From positions 16,395 to 49,379 of the forward strand of contig JAUJNA010000010.1 of the NCBI GenBank assembly GCA_030446555.1: a DNA stretch of 32,985 nt, written 5' to 3'. The position numbers and the translations under genes were made by a program. Under the pieces are notes generated by a model that saw only the letters and a program-made list of their open reading frames with translations, searched no databases and had not been told where the DNA came from. Below, one piece after another: positions 16,920 through 24,770 of this stretch. The stretch comes from Chloroflexota bacterium. Lineage in GTDB: Bacteria > Chloroflexota > Limnocylindria > Limnocylindrales > CSP1-4. Numbering within the stretch: the first letter of the stretch is position 1; the number at the start of each line of letters is the position of its first letter.

Positions 16920-17999
16920 TCAGGCGGTCTGCTGATCCGAGTCGGCGGCTTCCCTGCCTCGCGACGTGACAGAGCGGAGGCGCTGGACCGTCGACAGCAC
17001 CATGCGGCCCGGCCGGTCGGTGACGAGCTCGTAGGGACCGTCGAAGAGGCGCTCCTCCCCGCCGAAGTGCGCCTTGAAGCGGGCCAGGTTCGGCTCGTTC
17101 GTGCCCCACAGGTCGTAGCCCGCGAAGCCCCGCTCGCGGGAGCGCACGATGGCTTCCCAGATCACCAGATAGTTCGCCACCGACGAGCCTTCCCCGGACC
17201 GGGTCGAGGCCGAATACAGCTCGAAGATCCGCTCGCCGCCGGCCAGCAGCATGACCGCACCCATGGGTCGTCCGGCAGCGTCTCGTGCCAGCACGATGCT
17301 CGCTGCTCGGCGAGCATCGAACGCGCGAAAGACCTCCTCGAATCGATCCAGCCGCCGGAAGCCGACACGGAGTGCCGTCTCGCGATAGAGCTCGCCGAAG
17401 GCACTCAGCCCTCCCGCGCCCACCTCGCACGCGGTGATGCCGAGGCGCCGGGCTTTGTTGACCGACCAGCGCGCCGTCGAGCTCAGTCCGCTCCACAGTC
17501 GTTCCTGCGACAGCGTCAGGTCCACGACGCGCGTCTGGCTGGGCTGGACCCTGGTCCCGGGGCGCCACCCGGCGGCGAGCATCAGCTTGCCCTCAGCGCC
17601 GCCGCGGGGGAACTCCGGATCGGCCAGCACGTGTGTCAGGCGCTCGCGCTCGGCCTGGCCCCGGATGGCTGCGGTGAAGGCGCCGATGGAGGCCTCCGTG
17701 TAGTGATGCGCCAGTGGAGCGCGGGTGGCGTAGCCACGCGACCAGGGACCGGGACGCATGCGGTGCATGAGCAGTTGAGCGCCCACCGGGCCGTCGGGGG
17801 AGTCGGCCACGACCCGGACCGGTACCCATCCCCATCCGGCGTTCGCCTCCGCCCAGGCCGTCATCTGTCGGAAGGTGCCGAGGGGCAGGGCACGCACGAA
17901 CGCGTCCCAGGCCGCCGGCTCCGCTCGCAACGCATCGGCCGTGGCCCTGGCCTCGGACGCCTGGGCCCTGGGCACCGCCGCGGCGCTCGCCGTCGTCAC
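16920..17999 (-). CDS. FemABX-family transferase, paralogue 4
   Basis: 359 aa. Motifs WDAFV...FRQMTAWA, YATRAP, LADPE, ELYSAS, NYLVIWE, YDLWG, FKAHFGG. GTGA overlap with xerC. Confidence 0.87.
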   Translation of the reverse strand: MTTASAAAVPRAQASEARATADALRAEPAAWDAFVRALPLGTFRQMTAWAEANAGWGWVPVRVVADSPDGPVGAQLLMHRMRPGPWSRGYATRAPLAHHYTEASIGAFTAAIRGQAERERLTHVLADPEFPRGGAEGKLMLAAGWRPGTRVQPSQTRVVDLTLSQERLWSGLSSTARWSVNKARRLGITACEVGAGGLSAFGELYRETALRVGFRRLDRFEEVFRAFDARRAASIVLARDAAGRPMGAVMLLAGGERIFELYSASTRSGEGSSVANYLVIWEAIVRSRERGFAGYDLWGTNEPNLARFKAHFGGEERLFDGPYELVTDRPGRMVLSTVQRLRSVTSRGREAADSDQQTA

Positions 18000-18997
18000 G
18001 AGCCGGGCGGCTGCCGGTCCGGGGAGGCGCGCGGATGTGCCGCCTCGTACGCACCCCGCAGGCGGCCGACCGACACATGGGTGTAGATCTGGGTCGTGGC
18101 GAGGCTGGCGTGGCCCAGCAGCTCCTGAACCACGCGCAGATCGGCGCCTCCCTCCAGCAGGTGGCTGGCGAAGGAGTGGCGCAGGGTGTGGGGCGAGGCG
18201 CCCTGCCGGATGCCGGCCAGGCGGAACAGGCGGTCGATCCGGTAGCGCATCCCGCGCACGGTGAGCGGCTCACCGGTCGCGTTCAGGAACAGGATCCCGG
18301 GATCCCGTCCCGTCCTGGCCTGGCGCAGGCGTGGCCGAGCTTCGTCGAGGTACGCCTGGAGCGCGTCGAGGGCGGGTGCTCCAAGCATCCCCACTCGCTC
18401 CTTGCGGCCCTTGCCCGTGACCCGCATCTCCCCGCGTCGCATGTCCACGTCGCTGAGGCGCACGGCCGCCAGTTCGCTGATACGCAGTCCGGCTGCGTAG
18501 GCCGTCTCCACGATCGCCCGATCGCGCAGGACGAGCGGGTCATCGGAGCCCTGCCCGATGACCCCTACCGTGTCGAGCGCCCGCTCCACCTCCGCCACCT
18601 CCAGCACCTGCGGCAACCGGCGCGTCTGGCGCGGCGTGCTGACCGCGGACCAGGGATCCCCGGCCACCCAGCCCTGTCTGTGGCAGAAGCGGTAGAACGA
18701 CCGGAGCGACGCGAGGCGACTGCCCACGGAGCGGCGCGAGAGGCCGTCGGCATCCAGCGCCGCCAGGAACGCCCGCATCTGGCGTCGGGACGGGTCGCGC
18801 CAGTCCCGACCGGCCTCCGGATGCTCGGCCAGCCAGCCCAGATACCGCGAGACCCCGGTCGCGTACGCCCGTTGCGTGTGGGGAGAGGCGTCGCGGGCGC
18901 GCAGCGAACGCAGGAACGCCTCGAGCGCCGAGGGACCGTCGCGCCCGACGGCCGCTGGCTTACCGGCCGGAGCCCCCTCCCGATCGGCCGGCGTCAC
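17996..18997 (-). CDS. xerC: Tyrosine recombinase, XerC/XerD family
   Basis: SAM-like N-domain (SPHTQRAY, LASLRSFYRF). Catalytic R (GLRISEL), K (GKGRKER), HxxR (HTLRHSFA), LLGH and TQIY. Usual position downstream of topA. Confidence 0.88.
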   Translation of the reverse strand: MTPADREGAPAGKPAAVGRDGPSALEAFLRSLRARDASPHTQRAYATGVSRYLGWLAEHPEAGRDWRDPSRRQMRAFLAALDADGLSRRSVGSRLASLRSFYRFCHRQGWVAGDPWSAVSTPRQTRRLPQVLEVAEVERALDTVGVIGQGSDDPLVLRDRAIVETAYAAGLRISELAAVRLSDVDMRRGEMRVTGKGRKERVGMLGAPALDALQAYLDEARPRLRQARTGRDPGILFLNATGEPLTVRGMRYRIDRLFRLAGIRQGASPHTLRHSFASHLLEGGADLRVVQELLGHASLATTQIYTHVSVGRLRGAYEAAHPRASPDRQPPGS

Positions 18998-21456
18998 GCC
19001 GCGTCGGCGGCGGGTGGCCGGGCACGGGGCCGCCTGCGCGTGGCCTGTCGAGGCGAGCCTCTTCGCGTAGGGGGGGCGATGTCGGCGTCGGCGTCGGCGT
19101 CCGCGTCCCCGGCCGCCGTACTCGATCGACGCGCCCGGCCCCCGCGCCGTGGCGCGATCGCCCCGAGATCGGGTGGCCCACCCGCCAGCCGTTCCCCGAT
19201 CGTGATGGGGTCGGGCAGCTCCACTCGCGCGCCGCAGCGCAGGCAGATGCCCGCCTTCCCGTCGCGCGCCACCGGGCCGGCATCCGCGTCGTGCACCGCT
19301 CCCAGCGGTTCGCGGCTGGTCGTGTAGTCACACGCCGGGTAGCGCGAACACCCATGGAAGATGCTCCCCGTGCGTCGGGCGCGACGCGCGACCAGCTGGC
19401 CCTGCCCGCACTTGGGACACTCCACCTCGAAGGCGAGAGGCGGCGGGGGCGGAGGGCCGGAACGCTTGATGTAGTCACAGTCGGGATAGCGCGAGCAGCC
19501 GGCGAACACACCGAAGCGGCCGCGCTTGGCGACGAGATGGCCCTCCCCGCACTCGGGACAGGCCTCGCCGGCGCCCTCGATGCTGGGCGCCTCGACCTCC
19601 TCGCCGGGCAGCGGACGCGACTCCTTGTGCTCGGGGTACTGCGAGCAGGAGAGGAACCGGCCGTTGCGGCCGAGCCGGATGAGCATGGGGTGTCCCAGCG
19701 AGCAGACCTCGTCGCTCTCCTCGGTCGTGAAGTCGCGTCGCTTGAGCTCGCGGCGCTTCACGTCGACCAGCTCACGGAAGGGGCCGTAGAAGTCGTGCAG
19801 CAGGGGTACCCAGTCACGCTCGCCGCGGGCGATCTCGTCGAGCCGCTCCTCCATCCGCGCCGTGAACTCCAGATCGACGAACTCGCCGAAATGGTCGACC
19901 AGGAGATCGGTCACGATCCCCGCCACCAGCTCCGGTCGCAGCCGGCGCTCCACCACCGCCACGTAGCCGCGGTCGATGATCGTGGAGATGATGGCCGCGT
20001 ACGTCGACGGGCGGCCGATGCCGTGCTCCTCGAGTGCCTTGATCAGCGTCGCCTCCGTGTAGCGCGGCGGCGGCTCGGTGAAGTGCTGGGCCGTGGTGAC
20101 GTCGCGGACGTCGGTCACGTCGCCCTGCGCGAGCGGGGGGAGCTGGCGCTCCTCCTCCTCGGCACGGTCGTCGTCGCGACCCTCGGTGTAGACGCGCGAG
20201 AACCCATCGAACAGCGTGCGGGTCGCACTGGCGCGGAGCCCATACCGACCCGCGGCGAGCTCTGCCGAGGTGGTCTCGAGCCGCTTGTCGGCCATCTGCG
20301 AGGCCAGGGCTCGCTGCCAGATCAGGCGGTAGAGTCGCAGCTCGTCCGATCTCAGGTCCTTCGCCAGCGAGTCCGGGTCGCGGGCGAAGCTCGTCGGCCG
20401 GATCGCCTCGTGAGCCTCCTGCGCGCCCTTGCCCTTGGTCCGGTGGACGCGCCCCTTGGGCACCGAGTACTCCGCCCCGAAGCGGTCGGCGATGACGCCG
20501 CGCGCCTCGTCCATGGCCACGCCGGCCAGAGCGGTCGAGTCGGTGCGCATGTAGGTGATGAGACCGGTCGGCTGGCCGTCGAGCTCGATGCCCTCGTACA
20601 GCCGCTGCGCCACGGACATGGTGCGCTTGGGACTGAAGCTCAGCTTCCGGCTGGCCTCCTGCTGGAGCGTCGAGGTCGTGAACGGCGGCGCCGGACTCCG
20701 CTTGCTCGGGCGAACCGCCACCTTCTCGACCACCGGTCGCGACGCCCGGATGACGGCCGCATGCGTTTCCGCGGCCCCGGCATCAGCGACCTCGGCGGTC
20801 TTCCCGTCGATGCGCGCCAGCTGAGCCGTGAAGACCTGGCCGTCCCGGGTGACGAGGAGGGCCTCGAGCGTCCAGTACTCCCGGGCGGTGAAGGCATCGA
20901 TCTCGCGCTCCCGCTCCACGACGAGGCGCACGGCGACCGACTGCACCCGCCCGGCGGACAGGCCACCGCGCACCTTGCGTGAGAGGAGCGGGCTCAGTGT
21001 GTATCCCACCAGGCGGTCCACGATGCGACGCGTCTGCTGCGCGTCCACGAGGTGCGCGTCGATGCCCCGCGGGTGACGGAAGGCCTCGCGGATGGCGGTC
21101 TCGGTGATCTCGCTGAACGTCACGCGGCGCTGCTTGTCAGCAGGGACGTGCGCCGCCTCCGCGACGTGCCACGCGATGGCCTCGCCCTCACGGTCCAGGT
21201 CCGTCGCGAGGTAGACCGAGTCCGCCCGTCGCGCCTCCCGCGCGATGCGCTCGACCTGGCTGCGGCGGTCCTCCGACACGACGTACTCGGGCGCGAAGTC
21301 GTGATCGACATCGACGCCGAACTTGCCCTTGCCGGGATTCTCGGGGAGGTCGCGCACGTGGCCGTAGGAGGCCAGCACCTGGTAGTCGGGACCGAGGTAC
21401 CGCTCGATCGTCCGCGCCTTCGCCGGCGACTCGACGATCACGAGGTTCTTGGTCAT
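18994..21456 (-). CDS. topA: DNA topoisomerase I with C-terminal zinc ribbons
   Basis: Toprim LVIVESPAKA and ATDLDREGEAI, SAGRVQS, catalytic ITYMRTD, AQEAHEAIRP and GIGRPSTY. Repeated Cys...CSxYPxC/H modules and a low-complexity basic tail. Confidence 0.97.
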   Translation of the reverse strand: MTKNLVIVESPAKARTIERYLGPDYQVLASYGHVRDLPENPGKGKFGVDVDHDFAPEYVVSEDRRSQVERIAREARRADSVYLATDLDREGEAIAWHVAEAAHVPADKQRRVTFSEITETAIREAFRHPRGIDAHLVDAQQTRRIVDRLVGYTLSPLLSRKVRGGLSAGRVQSVAVRLVVEREREIDAFTAREYWTLEALLVTRDGQVFTAQLARIDGKTAEVADAGAAETHAAVIRASRPVVEKVAVRPSKRSPAPPFTTSTLQQEASRKLSFSPKRTMSVAQRLYEGIELDGQPTGLITYMRTDSTALAGVAMDEARGVIADRFGAEYSVPKGRVHRTKGKGAQEAHEAIRPTSFARDPDSLAKDLRSDELRLYRLIWQRALASQMADKRLETTSAELAAGRYGLRASATRTLFDGFSRVYTEGRDDDRAEEEERQLPPLAQGDVTDVRDVTTAQHFTEPPPRYTEATLIKALEEHGIGRPSTYAAIISTIIDRGYVAVVERRLRPELVAGIVTDLLVDHFGEFVDLEFTARMEERLDEIARGERDWVPLLHDFYGPFRELVDVKRRELKRRDFTTEESDEVCSLGHPMLIRLGRNGRFLSCSQYPEHKESRPLPGEEVEAPSIEGAGEACPECGEGHLVAKRGRFGVFAGCSRYPDCDYIKRSGPPPPPPLAFEVECPKCGQGQLVARRARRTGSIFHGCSRYPACDYTTSREPLGAVHDADAGPVARDGKAGICLRCGARVELPDPITIGERLAGGPPDLGAIAPRRGGRARRSSTAAGDADADADADIAPPTRRGSPRQATRRRPRARPPAADAA
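19081..19107 (-). repeat. Short hexamer tandem (GACGCC-like) encoding DADADADAD in the TopA tail
   Basis: Plus strand reads gtcggc gtcggc gtcggc gtccgc gtc. Confidence 0.6.
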
Positions 21457-21464
21457 CGGCCGGG

Positions 21465-21470
21465 AGTGTA
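21465..21470 (-). promoter_or_regulatory. Putative -10 box (TACACT) for the topA-xerC-fem-murJ-fem-murE unit
   Basis: TANNNT 8 nt upstream of the topA ATG, no SD. Confidence 0.55.
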
Positions 21471-21534
21471 GCAGTCGCCCCTGGCGGCTCCGCTGGTGCC
21501 CCGGCCGATGCCGCAGCCGGTGCTGGTGCGCGCG

Positions 21535-21855
21535 TCAGGCGTCCCGGATGCGACGCAACAGGTCCGCGTCGGGCTCATCGTCCATGTCCACCGGCTCGTC
21601 GAGGGAGCCCAACCCGGGCAGGGCGACGAGCCCCTCGTGCGAGCCCAGCGCCGTCCGGGGGATCTCGATGAAGCGGATCGACACGAGAGGGATGACGAAC
21701 CACGAATCCAGGCGATCGGTCCAGTTCGGCTTCGTGCCGCTCAGCAGTCGGAGGTTCGTGCAGACGAGCATCGCGTCGCCCGCGGTGGGCATCGACTCGA
21801 TGTCCGCGAGCAGCGGCTGCTCGTTGGACATGTGGATGACGACGCCGTGGATCAC
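21535..21855 (-). CDS. Small acidic hypothetical protein
   Basis: 106 aa from GTG 21855 (MIHGVVIHMSNEQPLLADI...WFVIPLVSIRFIEIP...LLRRIRDA). Protein-like composition, fills the dprA-topA gap, and TACCCT lies 6 nt upstream. Confidence 0.75.
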   Translation of the reverse strand: MIHGVVIHMSNEQPLLADIESMPTAGDAMLVCTNLRLLSGTKPNWTDRLDSWFVIPLVSIRFIEIPRTALGSHEGLVALPGLGSLDEPVDMDDEPDADLLRRIRDA

Positions 21856-21915
21856 GCACCGAGGGTAGGCTGCGCCGGTCGCCACGGACAGCCGTACGGA
21901 GGTCCCTCCGTGCCC

Positions 21916-23097
21916 TCACCGACCGTCAGCACCGAGCAGCGGTCCGGAGGGCAGGTACGCGGGCCCCATGGCCTGGATCCAGCCGCGCAGCAGCAGCAGC
22001 GTCACCGCGCCCGAGACCACCGGCGCCGTGAGCCCTGTCGCGGCGACCAGTGCGTCCGGGCCACAGGGGCCCTGGGCCAGCCTTCGGGCCACGGCGCGCT
22101 CGACCGGCCCGAGCATCGCCAGCGCTCCTTCCAGGGACAGGTGCGCCGCTGCTCCCTCGGCGTCGCGGCTGGCTCGGCCGTCCCCGTCGTACCCCAGGTC
22201 GACCACGAGCTCGTCGAGACCGACCAGCGGGCGGGCCGGCGTCTCCCGCAGGAGGGCCAGGCAGCCGCCCGTGTGCACGTCACCCGGTCGGCCAGGAGCC
22301 GCCAGGACCAGGCGGCCCTGCTCCAGCGCGTGACGCGCCGTGATGAGGGCACCGCTCCGCGCGGGCGCCTCGACCACGATGGTCGCGTCGCCGAGCGCGC
22401 TGATGATCCTGTTGCGCCGCGGGAAGGTACCCCGGGTGGGCAGGATGTCCGGCGCATGCTCGGTGACGACGGCACCGCCGGTCCGGAGCATCCGCTCCAG
22501 CAGCTGCCGGTGCGCGCGAGGACCGGGGTGCGCATGGCCGCCACCGACTACCGCGACCGTGCGCCCCTCGGCCGCCATCGTGGCCGCGTGCGCCGCCCCG
22601 TCGATCCCGATGGCGAGGCCGGAAACGACGACGACCCCTACTCCCACGAGCCGGGTACAGATGCGGGCCGTCAATGCACGCCCCTCGAGCGTAGGTCGGC
22701 GCGTACCGACGACAGCGACCGCCCGATCGGCGGAGAGCACGCCCTGCGCTCCCCAGCCGTAAAGGACGGGCGGCGGGGGATCCAGGATGCGGAGCCGGTC
22801 GGGGTAACTCTCGTCGAGCGGGGTCACGACCCAGACGTCGAGCTCCTCCAGGCGGCGATGCGCCCGTCGGGGGTCTCGCGAGACGGCCGCGAGAGCGTCC
22901 TTCGTCCGGGTCGGGATGCGGACCTCCGGTAAGGTGAGGCCGACCCCGGAGGCCACCGCACGGATGGCCGCCTTGGCGCCCCCGTGCTCCGCGATCAGTG
23001 CCCAGAAGATCCTGTCACCCACCCCGGGCGCCGATGCCAGCGAGATCCAGGCGTCACGCTCGCCGTCGGTCGACGTCCCTGCACCGTGACCCTCCAC
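21916..23097 (-). CDS. dprA: DNA-processing protein DprA (Smf)
   Basis: Motifs YPDRLRILDPPPPVLY, VAVVGTR, VSGLAIGIDGAAH, FPRRNRIIS and VVEAPARSGALITA, plus a C-terminal winged-helix-like domain. Confidence 0.95.
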   Translation of the reverse strand: MEGHGAGTSTDGERDAWISLASAPGVGDRIFWALIAEHGGAKAAIRAVASGVGLTLPEVRIPTRTKDALAAVSRDPRRAHRRLEELDVWVVTPLDESYPDRLRILDPPPPVLYGWGAQGVLSADRAVAVVGTRRPTLEGRALTARICTRLVGVGVVVVSGLAIGIDGAAHAATMAAEGRTVAVVGGGHAHPGPRAHRQLLERMLRTGGAVVTEHAPDILPTRGTFPRRNRIISALGDATIVVEAPARSGALITARHALEQGRLVLAAPGRPGDVHTGGCLALLRETPARPLVGLDELVVDLGYDGDGRASRDAEGAAAHLSLEGALAMLGPVERAVARRLAQGPCGPDALVAATGLTAPVVSGAVTLLLLRGWIQAMGPAYLPSGPLLGADGR

Positions 23098-23099
23098 CG

Positions 23100-24665
23100 T
23101 CAGGCGGCGAGCGACGGGGTGGCGGCGGGGTCACGGAAGCCGGCTGCGGCGAGCAGATCCGCCTCCGTGACGGCCTCGCGCGAGCCAAGGTCGGCGATGG
23201 TGCGTGCCACGCGCAGCACCCGATGCACACCACGAGCGGTCATCCCGGCCCGCGTGGCGAGCTCGGTCGCGAGCCGCCGCTCGGCCGGACCCAGCCGGCA
23301 GGCACGCACACCGGCCGGACCCGGGAGATGCGCGTTCGGCCGACCCGAGTTCCGGGCTCGGGCGAGGGCGCGCGCGTCCGCGATGCGCGCCGCCACGGCG
23401 GTGCTGGCTTCTGCCGTCCGCTCGCCGACGAGCTCGGTGGGGGGCACGCGCGGCATCTCCACGCGAAGATCGAGGCGGTCGACCAGCGGTCCGCTCACGC
23501 GCCGCACGTAGCGCTCCGGTTCGCCGTGCGGACAGCGACACATCGTCTGTTGATCGCCCGCCCAGCCGCATCGGCACGGATTCATCGCCGCGACCAGCTG
23601 GACCCTCGCCGGATAGCGGATGCTGCCGTGGGCGCGGCTGATCTCGACCGTGCCGTCCTCCAGCGGCTGGCGGAGTGCGTCGAGGACATCCCGGTCGAAC
23701 TCGGCCAGCTCGTCCAGGAACAGGACCCCCCCATGCGCGAGCGTCACCTCGCCGGGGGACAGGTGCGGTCCCCCGCCGACCATCGCCGCGTATGAGATCG
23801 TGTGGTGCGGCGCTCGGAAGGGCCGCTCGCTGATCAGCCCCTGTTCGGCCTTGAGGCGTCCCGCGACGCTCCGGATGACCGTCTGCTCGAGTGCCTCGTC
23901 TGGCGCGAGCGGGGGCAGGAGGCCCGGGATGGCTCGTGCCAGGAGCGTCTTGCCGGCACCCGGTGAGCCGATGAGCAGCAGGTTGTGCCCGCCGGCCAGC
24001 GCCACCTCGAGCGCCCAGCGCGCGTGCGCCTGACCCTGGATGTCCGCCAGGTCGACCGACCCGCCGACCGCAGTGAGGTCGGGAGACTCCGCTGCTACCG
24101 CGCCTCCCGAGACGGAGATGCCGGCCCTTCGCGTCGCCGTCCCGGCGCGGCGCCCACGAGGCCCCGCCACAAGGCGTGCGGCGTCGTCGAGTCCCTCCAC
24201 CGGGGATGCTTCCAGCCCGGCCACGAGCCGGGCCTCGTCCACGTTCTCGGCCGGTACCGCGACCCGGCGATAGCCGGCACGAGCCAAGGTCGCGACCATG
24301 GGCAGGACGCCCGGGACGGCGCGCACGTCGCCGGAGAGCGAGAGCTCGCCGAGGAGCGCCCAGCCGCCCGTCGAGGCGCGCACCTGTCCCGATGCCACCA
24401 GGATGCCGACGGCGATCGCGAGGTCATAGGCGGCGCCGTGCTTCCGCCGGTCGGCCGGTGCCAGATTGACCGTGATGCGCGACAGCGGGTACTCGAAGCC
24501 GCTGTTGCGGATGGCGCTCCGGACCCGTTCGCGAGCCTCCGAGAGCGCCGCATCGGGCAAGCCGACGATGTGGCAGATGGGAAGCCCCGGCGCGACATCG
24601 ACCTCGACCCGGATCAGCTCGCCGCGCAGACCATGGACGACGGCGGTGACCAGCGTCGCGAGCAT
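23100..24665 (-). CDS. comM: ComM/YifB Mg-chelatase-like AAA+ ATPase
   Basis: Motifs IVGLPDAALSEARERVRSA, ITVNLAPAD, GELSLSG, Walker A GSPGAGKT, PFRAPHH, PGEVTLAHGGVLFLDE, AAMNPCRCG and RVARTIADL. Directly upstream of dprA. Confidence 0.94.
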   Translation of the reverse strand: MLATLVTAVVHGLRGELIRVEVDVAPGLPICHIVGLPDAALSEARERVRSAIRNSGFEYPLSRITVNLAPADRRKHGAAYDLAIAVGILVASGQVRASTGGWALLGELSLSGDVRAVPGVLPMVATLARAGYRRVAVPAENVDEARLVAGLEASPVEGLDDAARLVAGPRGRRAGTATRRAGISVSGGAVAAESPDLTAVGGSVDLADIQGQAHARWALEVALAGGHNLLLIGSPGAGKTLLARAIPGLLPPLAPDEALEQTVIRSVAGRLKAEQGLISERPFRAPHHTISYAAMVGGGPHLSPGEVTLAHGGVLFLDELAEFDRDVLDALRQPLEDGTVEISRAHGSIRYPARVQLVAAMNPCRCGWAGDQQTMCRCPHGEPERYVRRVSGPLVDRLDLRVEMPRVPPTELVGERTAEASTAVAARIADARALARARNSGRPNAHLPGPAGVRACRLGPAERRLATELATRAGMTARGVHRVLRVARTIADLGSREAVTEADLLAAAGFRDPAATPSLAA

Positions 24666-24671
24666 GGCGCG

Positions 24672-24726
24672 ACCCTATCGAGCGCCGCTTGCCGGCGGAT
24701 CGACGCTCGCTTATCGGCCGCTCGAC
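24672..24726 (-). promoter_or_regulatory. comM promoter region: -10 TAGGGT plus an upstream imperfect direct repeat
   Basis: TAGGGT (24672-24677) is 6 nt before the ATG. Plus-strand copies gcttgccggcggatcgac (24687-24704) and gcttatcggccgctcgac (24709-24726) are 14/18 identical with a 22-bp period. Confidence 0.5.
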
Positions 24727-24736
24727 CCGGCCGGTG

Positions 24737-24767
24737 CCGGAGCGGCCGGACGGCCCGGCCGCGCCGG
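24737..24767 (-). terminator. GC-rich hairpin right after the S8 peptidase stop (possible terminator without a U-tract)
   Basis: Perfect 8-bp stem gcggccgg-acggc-ccggccgc (24742-24762), extendable by ccgg/ccgg. No poly-T follows. Confidence 0.3.
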
Positions 24768-24770
24768 TGC

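Noticed and set aside
17996-18997. Tyrosine recombinase as the integrase of a mobile element
   Set aside because: XerC-like length and motifs in the standard dprA-topA-xerC context. No att repeats, tRNA target, phage genes or dif-like site were seen.
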